NCBI GenBank assembly: GCA_002435955.1
Contig: DIWZ01000032.1
Coordinates: forward strand, 154,655 to 218,654
DNA length: 64,000 nucleotides
Direction: 5' to 3'
DNA from: Pelobacter sp. UBA6093
GTDB taxonomy: Bacteria; Desulfobacterota; Desulfuromonadia; Desulfuromonadales; Syntrophotaleaceae
The notes beneath the pieces are model-generated. The model did no database searches. It was not told the DNA's origin and was given only the letters and a program-made list of their open reading frames with translations. Each line of letters begins with the position of its first letter. The first letter of the stretch is position 1. Position numbers and translations under genes: made by a program. Of the stretch, positions 33,169 through 43,382 are shown piece after piece.

Positions 33169-34461
33169 ATGACCCAGCTCGAAATGGCCCGCCAGGGCAT
33201 TGTCTCCGACAAAATGAAGCAGGCCGCCGTCGAGGCCGGCATCGATGCCGAAATCCTGCGGCAGCGCATTGCCGAAGGCACGGCCATCGTCTGCCATAAC
33301 AACAGGCACACCAACGGTCGCCCGCTGGCCGTCGGCAAAGGTCTGCCCACCCGGGTCAACGCCAATATCGGTACCAGCAAGGACGATACCAGCATCGACA
33401 AGGAACTGGAAAAAGCCCGTGTTGCGGTGGCCGCTGGCGCCGATGCCATCATGGACCTGTCCACCGGCGGCCCCATTGACGAAATCCGCCGCGCCATCAT
33501 CGCCGAGACTCAGGCCTGCATCGGCAGTGTGCCGCTGTACCAGGCCGCCTGCGACACGGTAGTGAAAAAAGGCAAGGCCATCGTCGACATGACCGCCGAC
33601 GAAATTTTCGACGGCATAAAAAAGCATCTCGACGACGGCGTCGATTTCATCACCGTGCATTGCGGCGTCACCCGCGCCACCGTGGAGCGTATGGACAACG
33701 AAGGACGCATCATGGAAGTCGTGTCGCGCGGCGGTTCCTTCACCGTCGCCTGGATGACCCGCAACAACGCCGAAAACCCCCTCTACGAGCACTTCGATCG
33801 GCTGCTGGAACTGGTCAAACCCTACGACGCCACCTTGTCCCTGGGGGACGGTTTCCGTCCCGGCTGCCTGGCCGATGCCACTGATCGCGCCCAGATTCAC
33901 GAACTCATCATCCTCGGTGAGCTGACCCAGCGCGCCTGGGACGCCGGCATTCAGGTCATGATCGAGGGCCCGGGCCATGTACCGCTGAATCAGATCGAGG
34001 CCAACATCCAGCTGCAGAAACGCCTCTGCCACGGCGCGCCCTTCTATGTACTGGGCCCGCTGGTCACCGATATCGCTCCCGGCTACGATCACATTACCTG
34101 CGCCATCGGCGGCGCCATCGCCGCCAGCGCCGGCGCCGACTTCTTGTGTTATGTCACCCCCAGCGAGCATCTGTGCCTGCCCACCGCCCAGGATGTACAC
34201 GATGGCGTCATGGCCACCCGCATCGCCGCCCATGCCGCCGACATCGTCAAGGGGTTGCCCGGCGCCATGGAAAAAGACATCGCCATGAGCAAGGCCCGCA
34301 AGGCTCTCGATTGGGAAACCCAGTACTGCCTGGCCATTGACCCTGCCCTGGCCCGCAAGCGTCGCGGTGAATCGGGGGTGGATGAAGAGCACGGGGCCTG
34401 CACCATGTGCGGCGAGTTCTGCGCCTACAAGGTCATGGACGAGCGCAAGCAAAAGCAATAA
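33169..34461 (+). CDS. thiC: phosphomethylpyrimidine synthase ThiC
   Basis: 430 aa with the C-terminal radical-SAM cluster motif CTMCGEFCAYK. ATG at 33169 has GAGAGG upstream. Confidence 0.96.
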   Translation: MTQLEMARQGIVSDKMKQAAVEAGIDAEILRQRIAEGTAIVCHNNRHTNGRPLAVGKGLPTRVNANIGTSKDDTSIDKELEKARVAVAAGADAIMDLSTGGPIDEIRRAIIAETQACIGSVPLYQAACDTVVKKGKAIVDMTADEIFDGIKKHLDDGVDFITVHCGVTRATVERMDNEGRIMEVVSRGGSFTVAWMTRNNAENPLYEHFDRLLELVKPYDATLSLGDGFRPGCLADATDRAQIHELIILGELTQRAWDAGIQVMIEGPGHVPLNQIEANIQLQKRLCHGAPFYVLGPLVTDIAPGYDHITCAIGGAIAASAGADFLCYVTPSEHLCLPTAQDVHDGVMATRIAAHAADIVKGLPGAMEKDIAMSKARKALDWETQYCLAIDPALARKRRGESGVDEEHGACTMCGEFCAYKVMDERKQKQ

Positions 34462-34483
34462 ATAATACCATTCCTTACCGGAC

Positions 34484-34523
34484 AAGAGCCCCCGGGTCGA
34501 TGAGACCCGGGGGCTCTTTTTTT
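34484..34523 (+). terminator. intrinsic terminator after thiC
   Basis: 15-bp GC-rich stem AAGAGCCCCCGGGTC / GACCCGGGGGCTCTT followed by TTTTTTT. Confidence 0.9.
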
Positions 34524-34554
34524 ATCGGCTCCTCGCGGACTCCAGGAACAACAA

Positions 34555-37416
34555 TCATACCCTCCCCAACGGCTGTCCCTGTTCGAGCAGAAACGCACCT
34601 GCCTGCGCCGGTTCAAGGGGTTTGCTGAACAGATACCCCTGACAGAAATCGCAGCCTCTCTCCAGAAAAAAGCCAAACTGCTCCTCGGTTTCGATGCCCT
34701 CGGCGACCACCTCCAGATTCATGGTTTTGGCCAGGGCGACCACCGCGCTGGCGATAGCCGCGTCGTTGGCATCGGTCAGGACATCCTTGACGAAACTTCG
34801 GTCGACTTTGAGACGTTTCACAGGGAAGCGTTTCAGGTAATGCAGGGAGGAATAACCCGAGCCGAAATCGTCGATGGCCAGGTGGACTCCCATGTCGGCA
34901 ATCGCTTTCATGATCTCGATGGCCCGCTCGACATCTTCCATGACCATGCTTTCGGTGATTTCCAGTTCGAGTTGTTCCGGCGGGTGCCCGGTTTCATCGA
35001 GGATGCGTCGTACCAGGCCGGGCAGATCAACCCTGCGAAACTGGCGGGGCGATATGTTGACTGCCATTCTTACCGGCGCCAGGCCGGCCTGCTGCCAGGC
35101 CATGTTGCGCAGGCAGGCCTCCCGCAGAACCCATTCGCCAATGGCAACAATGACGCCGCTGTCTTCCGCCAGGGGGATAAAATCGGCCGGTGAAACCAAC
35201 CCCCGTAGTGGATGCCGCCAGCGGATAAGAGCCTCAAATCCTATCAACCGGCGGGTCGACAATTCAACCTGGGGTTGGAAATGCAGAACGAACTCGCCAT
35301 TTTGGAGGGCATTGCGCAGGTCCGCTTCCATACTCAGAAGCTCACGGGTGCGCACATTCAGGGCCGGGATGAAATATTCGAACAGATTGCCGCCCTGCTG
35401 TTTGGCTCGATTCATGGCGACGCTTGCGGTTCTGAGAAGGGTCTCGGCGTCTTCGCCGTCATCCGGGCACAGACTGATGCCCAGACTGGCGGTGAGGTAA
35501 AAAGAATGGCTGTGGATTTTGAACGGTTCGGCTATCTGCCGAAGGACATTACGGGCCACCACCCTGGTGGCCTTGAGATCCTGGAAATCTTCCAGCAGGA
35601 TGACAAACTCGGTGCCGCCGAGTCGCGACAGGGTGTCGGCCTGACGAACCACCTTGCGCAGTCGGTCGGCGATCTGGCACAACACCAGGTTGCCGGTTTG
35701 ATGATCGAAACTGCCGATGATCTTGCTGAAACGGTCGAGGCCGATAAGCAGTATCCCCATTTTGGTATGGGCGCGTTTCGCTTTGGCGATGGCATGGGCC
35801 AGGCGGTCCTTGAGCAGTTTCTGATTGGGCAGACCGGTCAGTTCATCGTGATGGTCAAGATATTCCAGTCGCGTTTGGGCTTCCATCTTCCGAGTGATAT
35901 CCTGCACGATGGAGACGCCGAAACCCCGGCCATCCTTCCCGCCGGAAACCCACACGAACGTCACCTCCCCCCAGACGGTCGCTCCGTCCTTGCGCACGCA
36001 GCGTTGCTGAAAGACAATGCCGGATGCCGTACTGGTGAAGGAATCCAACACCTGTCGGGTTCGGGCGCGATCATCTGGATGGGTGAGAAACTCACCCTTG
36101 ACGGTTTGCAGTTCGTCCAGGGGATACCCGACGAAAGAACAGAAGGCCGGGTTGGCGTCCAGAATCTGCCCTTCCCGGGAGATTACGCACATGCCCACGC
36201 CGGATTTTTCGAAAATGCTGCGGAACCGCTGCTCGCTCTCGGCAAGCTGCTGCATGGCCTGTTTCTGCTCGGTGAGATCGACGATGGTGCCGACATAGCG
36301 CTGCAATTCGCCGTTGTTGTCCCGCACCGGGACGGCGGCCGCCTGCACCCAGCGCAGCTCGCCGTTGCGGTGCAGCAGACAGTGCTCCCTCTGCCAGGGT
36401 TCCGTATGGTGCTTGGCCTCCTTCCAGCTCGCCACCACCCGCTGCCGGTCTTCGGCCGGAATAGCCGCAGCCCAGCCGTACCCCAGGCTCTCCTCCACCG
36501 ATAGACCGGTCATGCGCACCCAGGCCGGATTGGAATAGGTATTTTGGCCCGCAGCGTCGACCTCAAAAATTCCTATGGGCGCCGCTTCGGCCAATGCCTT
36601 GAAGCGTCCTTCGCTGGCCTGCAGCGCCAATTCCGTCTGCAGTTGGTTGGAGAGATCCTCGATCAGTTCCACGAAACCACTGCAGCCCCCCTCGGCGTCG
36701 AACACCGGGAACGCTTTGATGCGCACCTTGAAATGCCTGCCGTCGGCAAGAACCCCTTCGGTGACCACGGTTTGCGGCTGCCCGCTTTCCATGGCCGGCA
36801 CGCCGGGACAATGGGGACAAATGGCCTGCCGCCTCTCGAATTCCCTGAAGCAGGAACGGCCGACGAAATCTTCGGGCGTCCGCTCGAAAATCTGGGCCAG
36901 AGTGCTGTTCACCATCTGGATACGATGGTCTCGGTCGATCAGGGAAAGGCCCACTCCGAGATTTTCCACCAGGGCCTGATAAAGGCCTTTGGTGGATCGC
37001 AATTTCCTCTCGATATCCTTTTGCGGGGTGATGTCCTGAATGAACCCGACAAACAGCGGCGGATCGCCAGGAGCATCGGCGGCCAAGCGGTTGACCGTGG
37101 TGAGGCTCCACAGCACCGCTCCGCTTTTGTGCAGATAACGCTTTTCGTAGGCATGCACCGGATCTTCGTGTGCCTGGAGGGTTTGAAAGACCTGAGCAGT
37201 CCGCTCACGATCGTCGGGATGAGTGAGTTCATCGATGTTCATGCCGAGCAGTTCGGGCAGAGCATAGCCGAGGTAATCGCAAAATGCCGCATTGGCCTGA
37301 AGAAGGGTCCGACGGCAATCGGCCAGGGCGATGCCGATCGTGACACCCTCAATAGCCCTGAGGCTGGAACCAGCGGCAACGGGTGTATGCAAAACCAGGT
37401 CGGAAGGATCCAGCAT
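34555..37416 (-). CDS. multi-PAS sensor with degenerate GGDEF (GGTEF) and EAL domains; probable c-di-GMP phosphodiesterase
   Basis: About four PAS/PAC repeats, then a GGDEF domain reading RQADTLSRLGGTEF, then an EAL domain (EALIRW, DDFGSGYSS, KVDRSF). ATG at 37416 is preceded by AAGGAG. Confidence 0.9.
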   Translation of the reverse strand: MLDPSDLVLHTPVAAGSSLRAIEGVTIGIALADCRRTLLQANAAFCDYLGYALPELLGMNIDELTHPDDRERTAQVFQTLQAHEDPVHAYEKRYLHKSGAVLWSLTTVNRLAADAPGDPPLFVGFIQDITPQKDIERKLRSTKGLYQALVENLGVGLSLIDRDHRIQMVNSTLAQIFERTPEDFVGRSCFREFERRQAICPHCPGVPAMESGQPQTVVTEGVLADGRHFKVRIKAFPVFDAEGGCSGFVELIEDLSNQLQTELALQASEGRFKALAEAAPIGIFEVDAAGQNTYSNPAWVRMTGLSVEESLGYGWAAAIPAEDRQRVVASWKEAKHHTEPWQREHCLLHRNGELRWVQAAAVPVRDNNGELQRYVGTIVDLTEQKQAMQQLAESEQRFRSIFEKSGVGMCVISREGQILDANPAFCSFVGYPLDELQTVKGEFLTHPDDRARTRQVLDSFTSTASGIVFQQRCVRKDGATVWGEVTFVWVSGGKDGRGFGVSIVQDITRKMEAQTRLEYLDHHDELTGLPNQKLLKDRLAHAIAKAKRAHTKMGILLIGLDRFSKIIGSFDHQTGNLVLCQIADRLRKVVRQADTLSRLGGTEFVILLEDFQDLKATRVVARNVLRQIAEPFKIHSHSFYLTASLGISLCPDDGEDAETLLRTASVAMNRAKQQGGNLFEYFIPALNVRTRELLSMEADLRNALQNGEFVLHFQPQVELSTRRLIGFEALIRWRHPLRGLVSPADFIPLAEDSGVIVAIGEWVLREACLRNMAWQQAGLAPVRMAVNISPRQFRRVDLPGLVRRILDETGHPPEQLELEITESMVMEDVERAIEIMKAIADMGVHLAIDDFGSGYSSLHYLKRFPVKRLKVDRSFVKDVLTDANDAAIASAVVALAKTMNLEVVAEGIETEEQFGFFLERGCDFCQGYLFSKPLEPAQAGAFLLEQGQPLGRV

Positions 37417-37771
37417 GCGAACTCCTTGGATGGTGGGACAACACGAAAAGCATCGAAAGCGGAGGTGACTATGATGGCTGGATGTTCCCAGCAATCTAAT
37501 CCGGATAGCGCATCAAGTCAAAGATTTGCTGGTCCGAAACAAGGCCGCGGATTATCTTTGCCGATGAGCGATGGGAACTCCCCCTTATCCTACAAACGAC
37601 TGGCGATACTCCCGATTGCCGGCAGTTGCAGACAAAAACTTTTGCCTGTGCAATCTCCAATCATACAAATAACATGATATTATCAAGAACATTGCTTTAC
37701 CTCGGCCGAGCTCCTGCTGTCGGAAGGAGAAGAGCGAGAGTTGGCCAACTGCGCCGATAGATGGAGTTGAG

Positions 37772-40489
37772 ATGAATTTTTTACCGTTGGGCGATGCCTT
37801 CGAGCTGGGGGAAACCTGGATCCTCGAGCGATTGCTCGATTACGCCACGAATACCCATTATGCTCAATACTTCCCCACGCACAGGGAGGTGTGGCGCCAA
37901 TCGGTAGCAGGATTTTCGGCTCAGCTGCGACTGGGCGCTTCCCTGTTTCAGGACATCCCCGAATTGGACCCGGATGAAGACTACAGCCAGGATCCGATCG
38001 CGGCGTTTGGCATAGCCGAGGCCCGAAAACACCGGGGTCGCGGAGTATCCCTGGGGATGTTCCTGGGTCTGATGAAATACCATCGACAATGTTATCGAGA
38101 TTATATCGACGCGACCTTCAAGGAAGTCGAAACCCGAAGCAGTTACACATTGTTTGCGGATCGCTGCTTTGATCGCATGGAGCTTGGCATCATCGGTATA
38201 TGCTCCCAAGAGCAGCAATCGGACCTCACGGAAAGAAAGGCAGCGCAGCAGCGCGTTTTCAGGCTGAGCCGGGCGTATGATGTTCTAAGTCAAACCAGCC
38301 AGGCCATCATGCGCTATAAAACCAGCACCATGCTGTTCAAGGCCATATGCCGCATCGCGGTCAAAAACGGCCATCTCAAAATGGCCCTCATCAACCGAGT
38401 CCATCCGGAAACCAAAGGGGTGCGAACTGTGGCGGTTGATGGCGGAAACCCCTCCTGCATGTCTTCAACAGAGCCCCCTCACAGCCGACCTCATATCACG
38501 GCGCTGGTGGCCGATACCCAGCGTCCGTATATCTGCAATGACATCCGGCTGGATCGGTGGTTGCATTCACGAACCGGGGAAGCGGACAAAAAGAATTTTC
38601 GGGCGCTGGCCTGTTTTCCCCTGCACTGCAAGAATAGCCTGTACGGTACCCTCAACCTGTATGCGGCGGAGCAGGATTTTTTTACTCCGGATATCGTGAC
38701 CGTGTTTGAGGAGATGGCCGCCGACATCTCGTTTGCCCTGGATAACTTCGAGCGGGAACGGCAGCGGCAGCGGGCCGAGGAAAAGCTGTGGGAGACCTCC
38801 AACAAATTGCATGCGATTTTTCAGGCCGCTCCCCTGCCGGTGGTTGCCCATACTTTGGCCGGCAAGGTATTGATGTGGAACCCGGAAGCGGAAAAAATCT
38901 TCGGCTGGAAGGAAAAGGAACTGCTGAACCGCCCCCTGCCCACCGTCCCGCAAGACCACATGCCGGAGTTCCTGGAAAAAAACCAGCGTGTGCTTGCCGG
39001 AGAATCGATCGATCGTCTGCATGTACAACGCCACACCAGGGATGGTCAGCTGCGGGATTTTCTGCTGTTCAATACACCGCTGTACGGTCCCCAGCAAAAT
39101 ATCTACGCGATTATGGCAGTATTGATGGATATCACCGATCAAAAAAAGGCACAGGAACAGATTGTCTATCTGGCCCACCACGATCATCTAACGCAGTTAC
39201 CCAATCGCACCCTGCTGAAAGAGCGCTTCGCGCAGGCCGCAGCCCATGCCCAACGCAGCGACACCGGCCTGGCACTTTGCGTACTTGATCTGGACGGATT
39301 TAAATACGTCAACGATCTGCTGGGCCATCACCTGGGGGACCAATTGCTATGCCTGATCGCCGAGCGACTGCAAAACGGCATCAGGCGCGCCGATACCGTA
39401 TGTCGCATGGGCGGGGACGAATTTCTGATCCTGCTGGGTGATATCCGTGACACCTCAGCTCTGGGCCCCTTGCTGCGGAAGATTTCGGCGGTGTTCTCCA
39501 CCCCCTTTATCCTTAACGGGCATCAATGGCATGTTACCATGAGCATCGGCGTGGCGATGTTTGGCGAGGATGGCACAGATTTCGATACCCTGTTCAAACA
39601 TGCAGACGCCGCCATGTATTTTGCCAAGAAGGCCGGGGGCAACCATGTCGAGTATTTTCGCAAAGAGATCGGCTGCCAGATCCAGCAGCGCTTCCACATC
39701 GAAAAAGGGTTGCGCGAGGCCCTGTCCGAACAGGCCTTCACCATGAACTATCAGCCCATCTGCGCTGTATCGGACAATGCCATCATCGGCGCCGAAGCCC
39801 TGATCCGCTGGCATCATCCAACGAGGGGATGGGTGCCGCCGGCCCAGTTCATCCCCATAGCCGAGGAAGCCAACCTGATCATACCGCTGGGAACCTGGAT
39901 TCTGGATGAAGTCTGCCGCACCCTGAGGACCTGGGATGACCGGGGGCTGCCACCCATGCCGGTTGCCGTGAACATTTCCGCCAAGCAGATTTTCGACCAG
40001 GCCTTTCCGGCGTTGGTAGCCCATACGCTGAAAAAATACAACCTGTCACCGCATCGCCTGGAACTGGAAGTGACCGAAGGGATTTTCCTGGAAAATGTCG
40101 CATCGGTGGAAAGCATCATGCAGGCACTCAAAGCTATCGGGGTCGGTCTGGCCCTCGACGATTTCGGCACGGGATATTCAAGCCTGAGCTATCTCAAACG
40201 ATTTCGCATCGACAAACTGAAAATCGACCGCTGTTTCATGCAGGATGTTTGTCACCAGGAGCAGGACGCGGTGCTGGCAGAAACCATTATCCTCATGGCC
40301 CGCAGCCTTGGTTTGAAAGCCGTGGCGGAAGGAATCGAGACGCCGGAACAACTGGCCTTCCTGCAAAAATGCCGATGCGAATTTTATCAGGGCTATCTGT
40401 GCACCCCCCCTCTGCCTCCCGAAGCGTTCGTTGCCTTTCTGGAAAACAGCCGGCAAAACCAGCTATTTGGCTATTCCGTGGGAGTGTAA
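37772..40489 (+). CDS. sensor protein: N-terminal helical domain, GAF, PAS, GGDEF, EAL
   Basis: 905 aa with an intact GGDEF (RRADTVCRMGGDEF) and EAL (EALIRW, DDFGTGYSS, KIDRCF). The first ~170 aa are not assigned to a family. Confidence 0.9.
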   Translation: MNFLPLGDAFELGETWILERLLDYATNTHYAQYFPTHREVWRQSVAGFSAQLRLGASLFQDIPELDPDEDYSQDPIAAFGIAEARKHRGRGVSLGMFLGLMKYHRQCYRDYIDATFKEVETRSSYTLFADRCFDRMELGIIGICSQEQQSDLTERKAAQQRVFRLSRAYDVLSQTSQAIMRYKTSTMLFKAICRIAVKNGHLKMALINRVHPETKGVRTVAVDGGNPSCMSSTEPPHSRPHITALVADTQRPYICNDIRLDRWLHSRTGEADKKNFRALACFPLHCKNSLYGTLNLYAAEQDFFTPDIVTVFEEMAADISFALDNFERERQRQRAEEKLWETSNKLHAIFQAAPLPVVAHTLAGKVLMWNPEAEKIFGWKEKELLNRPLPTVPQDHMPEFLEKNQRVLAGESIDRLHVQRHTRDGQLRDFLLFNTPLYGPQQNIYAIMAVLMDITDQKKAQEQIVYLAHHDHLTQLPNRTLLKERFAQAAAHAQRSDTGLALCVLDLDGFKYVNDLLGHHLGDQLLCLIAERLQNGIRRADTVCRMGGDEFLILLGDIRDTSALGPLLRKISAVFSTPFILNGHQWHVTMSIGVAMFGEDGTDFDTLFKHADAAMYFAKKAGGNHVEYFRKEIGCQIQQRFHIEKGLREALSEQAFTMNYQPICAVSDNAIIGAEALIRWHHPTRGWVPPAQFIPIAEEANLIIPLGTWILDEVCRTLRTWDDRGLPPMPVAVNISAKQIFDQAFPALVAHTLKKYNLSPHRLELEVTEGIFLENVASVESIMQALKAIGVGLALDDFGTGYSSLSYLKRFRIDKLKIDRCFMQDVCHQEQDAVLAETIILMARSLGLKAVAEGIETPEQLAFLQKCRCEFYQGYLCTPPLPPEAFVAFLENSRQNQLFGYSVGV

Positions 40490-40621
40490 CAACCGTCGGC
40501 GCGCGACATGAAGCGCCATTACCGGGCAGCCTGCAACACCCGAAGTTCCTCATGGTGGAACCCCCTCGTAACGCCCCCCCCCACGCCATGGCGGGTGGCT
40601 CACCCTGATTTCAAACCTGTC

Positions 40622-40650
40622 TTGACAACCTTACATCCTTTGGTTACGAT
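40622..40650 (+). promoter_or_regulatory. candidate promoter of gntR-trpBA (TTGACA-17-TACGAT)
   Basis: Hexamers lie about 28 nt upstream of the ATG at 40678. GGAGG SD at ~40664. Confidence 0.55.
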
Positions 40651-40677
40651 GACTGCATTCATCGGAGGCACCACTCT

Positions 40678-41409
40678 ATGCTCAACCCCGACTCCCCCAT
40701 CCCCCTGTATCACCAACTGGCTGAACGGCTCAGCGCCCAGATCCGCAACGGCGAACTGACGCCGGGGGACCGCATCCCCTCGGAACCTCAGCTGGTCGCC
40801 ATGTACGGCATCGGGCGGCCGACGGTGCGCCAGGCCCTCGACGCGCTGGTGCGCCAGGGGCTGCTGTGCCGGCGGCGCGGTTCGGGTACCTTTGTCTGCG
40901 AGCCGGCGAGGGAAATCGACCTGTTTTCTCTGGACGGCACCCGGGCGGCGTTTCACAAACAAGGACTGGCAGCCGATACCCGCATCAGAGAACCTATCTG
41001 CCTGCAGCGCATAACGGACACGCCGGACAATCCCTTCAGCGGTCGCCAGGCCTATTTCTTCTCACGCCTGACCAGTCTCGATGGTACACCGGTGCTGCTG
41101 GAAGATCTGTACCTGCATCCGCAGCTGTTTGCCGGCATCGACGCACTGGATCTGGCCGGCGGCTCCCTATCGCACATCGCCGCGGAGCATTTCATGCTGC
41201 GCCCGCAGGGAGGCAAGCAAAGCTTTCGCATCGGTTACCTGGACGCAGGCCGGGCCCGTTGCCTCGAAGTCACAACCACCACACCCCTTCTACAGGTCGA
41301 ACGGCGCCTCGATTTCGCCGCCGGCCGGGATGGTTTTTTTTCGCGGCTGTTCTGCCGTACCGAACATGTCGTCTTCTCACAGCACATGGGAGCATCCGAA
41401 CATGGATAA
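40678..41409 (+). CDS. GntR-family (HutC/UTRA-type) transcriptional regulator
   Basis: N-terminal wHTH region PLYHQLAERL...GDRIPSEPQLVAMYGIGRPTVRQALDAL, followed by a UTRA-like C-terminal domain. Confidence 0.88.
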   Translation: MLNPDSPIPLYHQLAERLSAQIRNGELTPGDRIPSEPQLVAMYGIGRPTVRQALDALVRQGLLCRRRGSGTFVCEPAREIDLFSLDGTRAAFHKQGLAADTRIREPICLQRITDTPDNPFSGRQAYFFSRLTSLDGTPVLLEDLYLHPQLFAGIDALDLAGGSLSHIAAEHFMLRPQGGKQSFRIGYLDAGRARCLEVTTTTPLLQVERRLDFAAGRDGFFSRLFCRTEHVVFSQHMGASEHG

Positions 41410-42628
41410 ACGCGGCTATTTTTCTGGATTCGGCGGCTGTTTCATCCCCGAAATCCTCACCCAGACCTTTGAAGAACTGGTTCAGGCCTATGAAGCGGCC
41501 AAAGCCGATCCGGGATTCTGGCAGGAATATCTCGATGTCATGTCGACCTATTCGTGCCGCCCCACCCCTTTGACCTTTGCCGGGAACCTCACCAACCATT
41601 TCGGCGGGGCCCGCATCTACATCAAGCGCGAGGATCTCAACCACACCGGCGCCCACAAGGCCAACAACGTCATGGGTCAGGGCCTGCTGGTCAAGCGCAT
41701 GGGCAAGACCCGCGTCATCGCCGAAACAGGCGCGGGCCAGCACGGCGTGGCCACCGCCACCATGGCGGCGCGCATGGGTTTCGATTGCACGATATACATG
41801 GGCGAGGAGGACGTCGAGCGCCAGCGCCCCAACGTGTTCTGGATGGAGCGCCTCGGCGCCACGGTGGTGTCGGTGCGCGACGGCTCGCGCACTCTCAAGG
41901 ACGCCATCAACGAGGCCTTCCGCGACTGGGTGTCCAACATGGACACCACCCACTACGTGCTCGGCACCGCCTGCGGGCCGCACCCGTTCCCGGAAATGGT
42001 CGCCTGGTTCCAGTCCATCATCGGCACCGAAGCACGCAAACAGATTCTCGAACGCGAAGGGCGCCTGCCTCGACGCGTTTATGCCTGCGTCGGCGGTGGC
42101 TCCAACGCCATGGGACTGTTTTCCGGTTTTATGGATGACCCGGTGGAACTGGTCGGCGTCGAGGCCGGCGGCAAGGGCCTTGACAGTGGTCTGCACGCCG
42201 CGCGGCTGAGCTCCAGGGACGCCAGCATCGGTGTCGCTCAAGGCTACAAGACTTATTTCCTGCAGGATGGTGACGGCCAGATGCGCGACACCCACAGCAT
42301 TTCGGCGGGTCTCGATTACGTCGGCGTGTCCCCCATCCTGGCGCATCTGCAGGCCATCGGCCGGGCCCGTTTCGAAGCGGCCACCGACGCCGAGGTGCTC
42401 GAAGCGGTGACCCTGACCATGCGCAAGGAGGGCCTGATCCCGGCCCTGGAGTCGTCCCACGCCTTTGCCCAGGCCTTCAAGGAAGCACCGACTCTGGCGA
42501 AGGACGATATCGTCATCATCAATCAGTCCGGGCGCGGCGACAAGGACATCTTCACCGTCGCCGATGCTTTTGACGACCCGGCCTGGAAGGCATTCATCCA
42601 ACACAAGGCGGAGCAATACCATGCTTGA
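41402..42628 (+). CDS. trpB: tryptophan synthase beta chain
   Basis: PLP motif HTGAHKANN and GGGSNAMG are present. ATG at 41402 overlaps the gntR-like stop by 8 nt. Confidence 0.96.
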   Translation: MDKRGYFSGFGGCFIPEILTQTFEELVQAYEAAKADPGFWQEYLDVMSTYSCRPTPLTFAGNLTNHFGGARIYIKREDLNHTGAHKANNVMGQGLLVKRMGKTRVIAETGAGQHGVATATMAARMGFDCTIYMGEEDVERQRPNVFWMERLGATVVSVRDGSRTLKDAINEAFRDWVSNMDTTHYVLGTACGPHPFPEMVAWFQSIIGTEARKQILEREGRLPRRVYACVGGGSNAMGLFSGFMDDPVELVGVEAGGKGLDSGLHAARLSSRDASIGVAQGYKTYFLQDGDGQMRDTHSISAGLDYVGVSPILAHLQAIGRARFEAATDAEVLEAVTLTMRKEGLIPALESSHAFAQAFKEAPTLAKDDIVIINQSGRGDKDIFTVADAFDDPAWKAFIQHKAEQYHA

Positions 42629-43382
42629 GACGACCATCCGCAACAAACTGGCGCAAAAAGACATCCTTCTGATGACGCATATCGTCATCGGTTATCCGAA
42701 CCTCGACACTTCCTTCGAGGTGGTCCGTACCATGGTGGAAGCCGGGGTCGACCTGATGGAGTTGCAGATCCCCTTTTCGGAACCGATGGCCGACGGCTCC
42801 GTCATTCTCAAAGCCAATCAGGACGCCTTGGCTACCGGCATCACTGTCGATCAGTGCTTCGATTTCGCGCAGCAGGTCGCCCGCGACTACCAGATCCCGT
42901 TTCTGTTCATGACCTACTACAATATCCTGTTCAAGTACGGCGTCGAGGCTTTCGCCGAGCGCATGGCCGAATGCGGCCTGTGCGGAGCCATCGTGCCCGA
43001 CCTGCCGCCGGAAGAGGCCGATGAATACCTGGCAGCCATGAACAGGCACGGTCTGGCGCCGATCTTCATCTTTGCCCCCAATACCGGTGAGACGCGCATG
43101 CGCCAGATCGCCGCACACGGCAGCGGTTTCATCTATTGCATGGCACGCAAGGGCGTTACCGGGCTGCAGACCGACTTTTCCCAGCAGCTGGGCGGCCATC
43201 TGGCACATTGCCGGGCCGCGACGGAGCTGCCCTTGGCGCTGGGATTCGGCGTCAAGGATCACGACGATGTCCAATTCATCAAAGGCAAGGCCGATATCGC
43301 CGTGGTTGGCTCCGAAGCCATCCGGGTACTGGATAGCCAGGGCGTAGCAGCGGTGGGTGATCTTATCCGCTCGTTGCGCTAG
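42621..43382 (+). CDS. trpA: tryptophan synthase alpha chain
   Basis: 253 aa containing GVDLMELQIPFSEPMADG. ATG at 42621 overlaps the trpB stop. Confidence 0.94.
   Translation: MLETTIRNKLAQKDILLMTHIVIGYPNLDTSFEVVRTMVEAGVDLMELQIPFSEPMADGSVILKANQDALATGITVDQCFDFAQQVARDYQIPFLFMTYYNILFKYGVEAFAERMAECGLCGAIVPDLPPEEADEYLAAMNRHGLAPIFIFAPNTGETRMRQIAAHGSGFIYCMARKGVTGLQTDFSQQLGGHLAHCRAATELPLALGFGVKDHDDVQFIKGKADIAVVGSEAIRVLDSQGVAAVGDLIRSLR

Noticed and set aside
31575-34485. Long minus-strand ORFs 31575-32792 and 33148-34485 opposite thiED and thiC. The same pattern occurs at 35212-36504, 41270-42688, 42594-43586 and 59263-60090.
   Set aside because: This is the same GC-driven antisense artefact. These ORFs have no start context or SD, and their composition is typical of non-coding frames.
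37417-37771. Search for GEMM-I/II (c-di-GMP) riboswitch cores (…GGCAAA…GGGACGCAAAGCC…) in the leaders of the GGDEF/EAL, ferredoxin and MATE genes. I also checked 55379-55748 and 57444-57740.
   Set aside because: I found no convincing ACGCAAAGC-type core or tetraloop-receptor pattern by eye. A covariance-model scan would be needed to exclude one.
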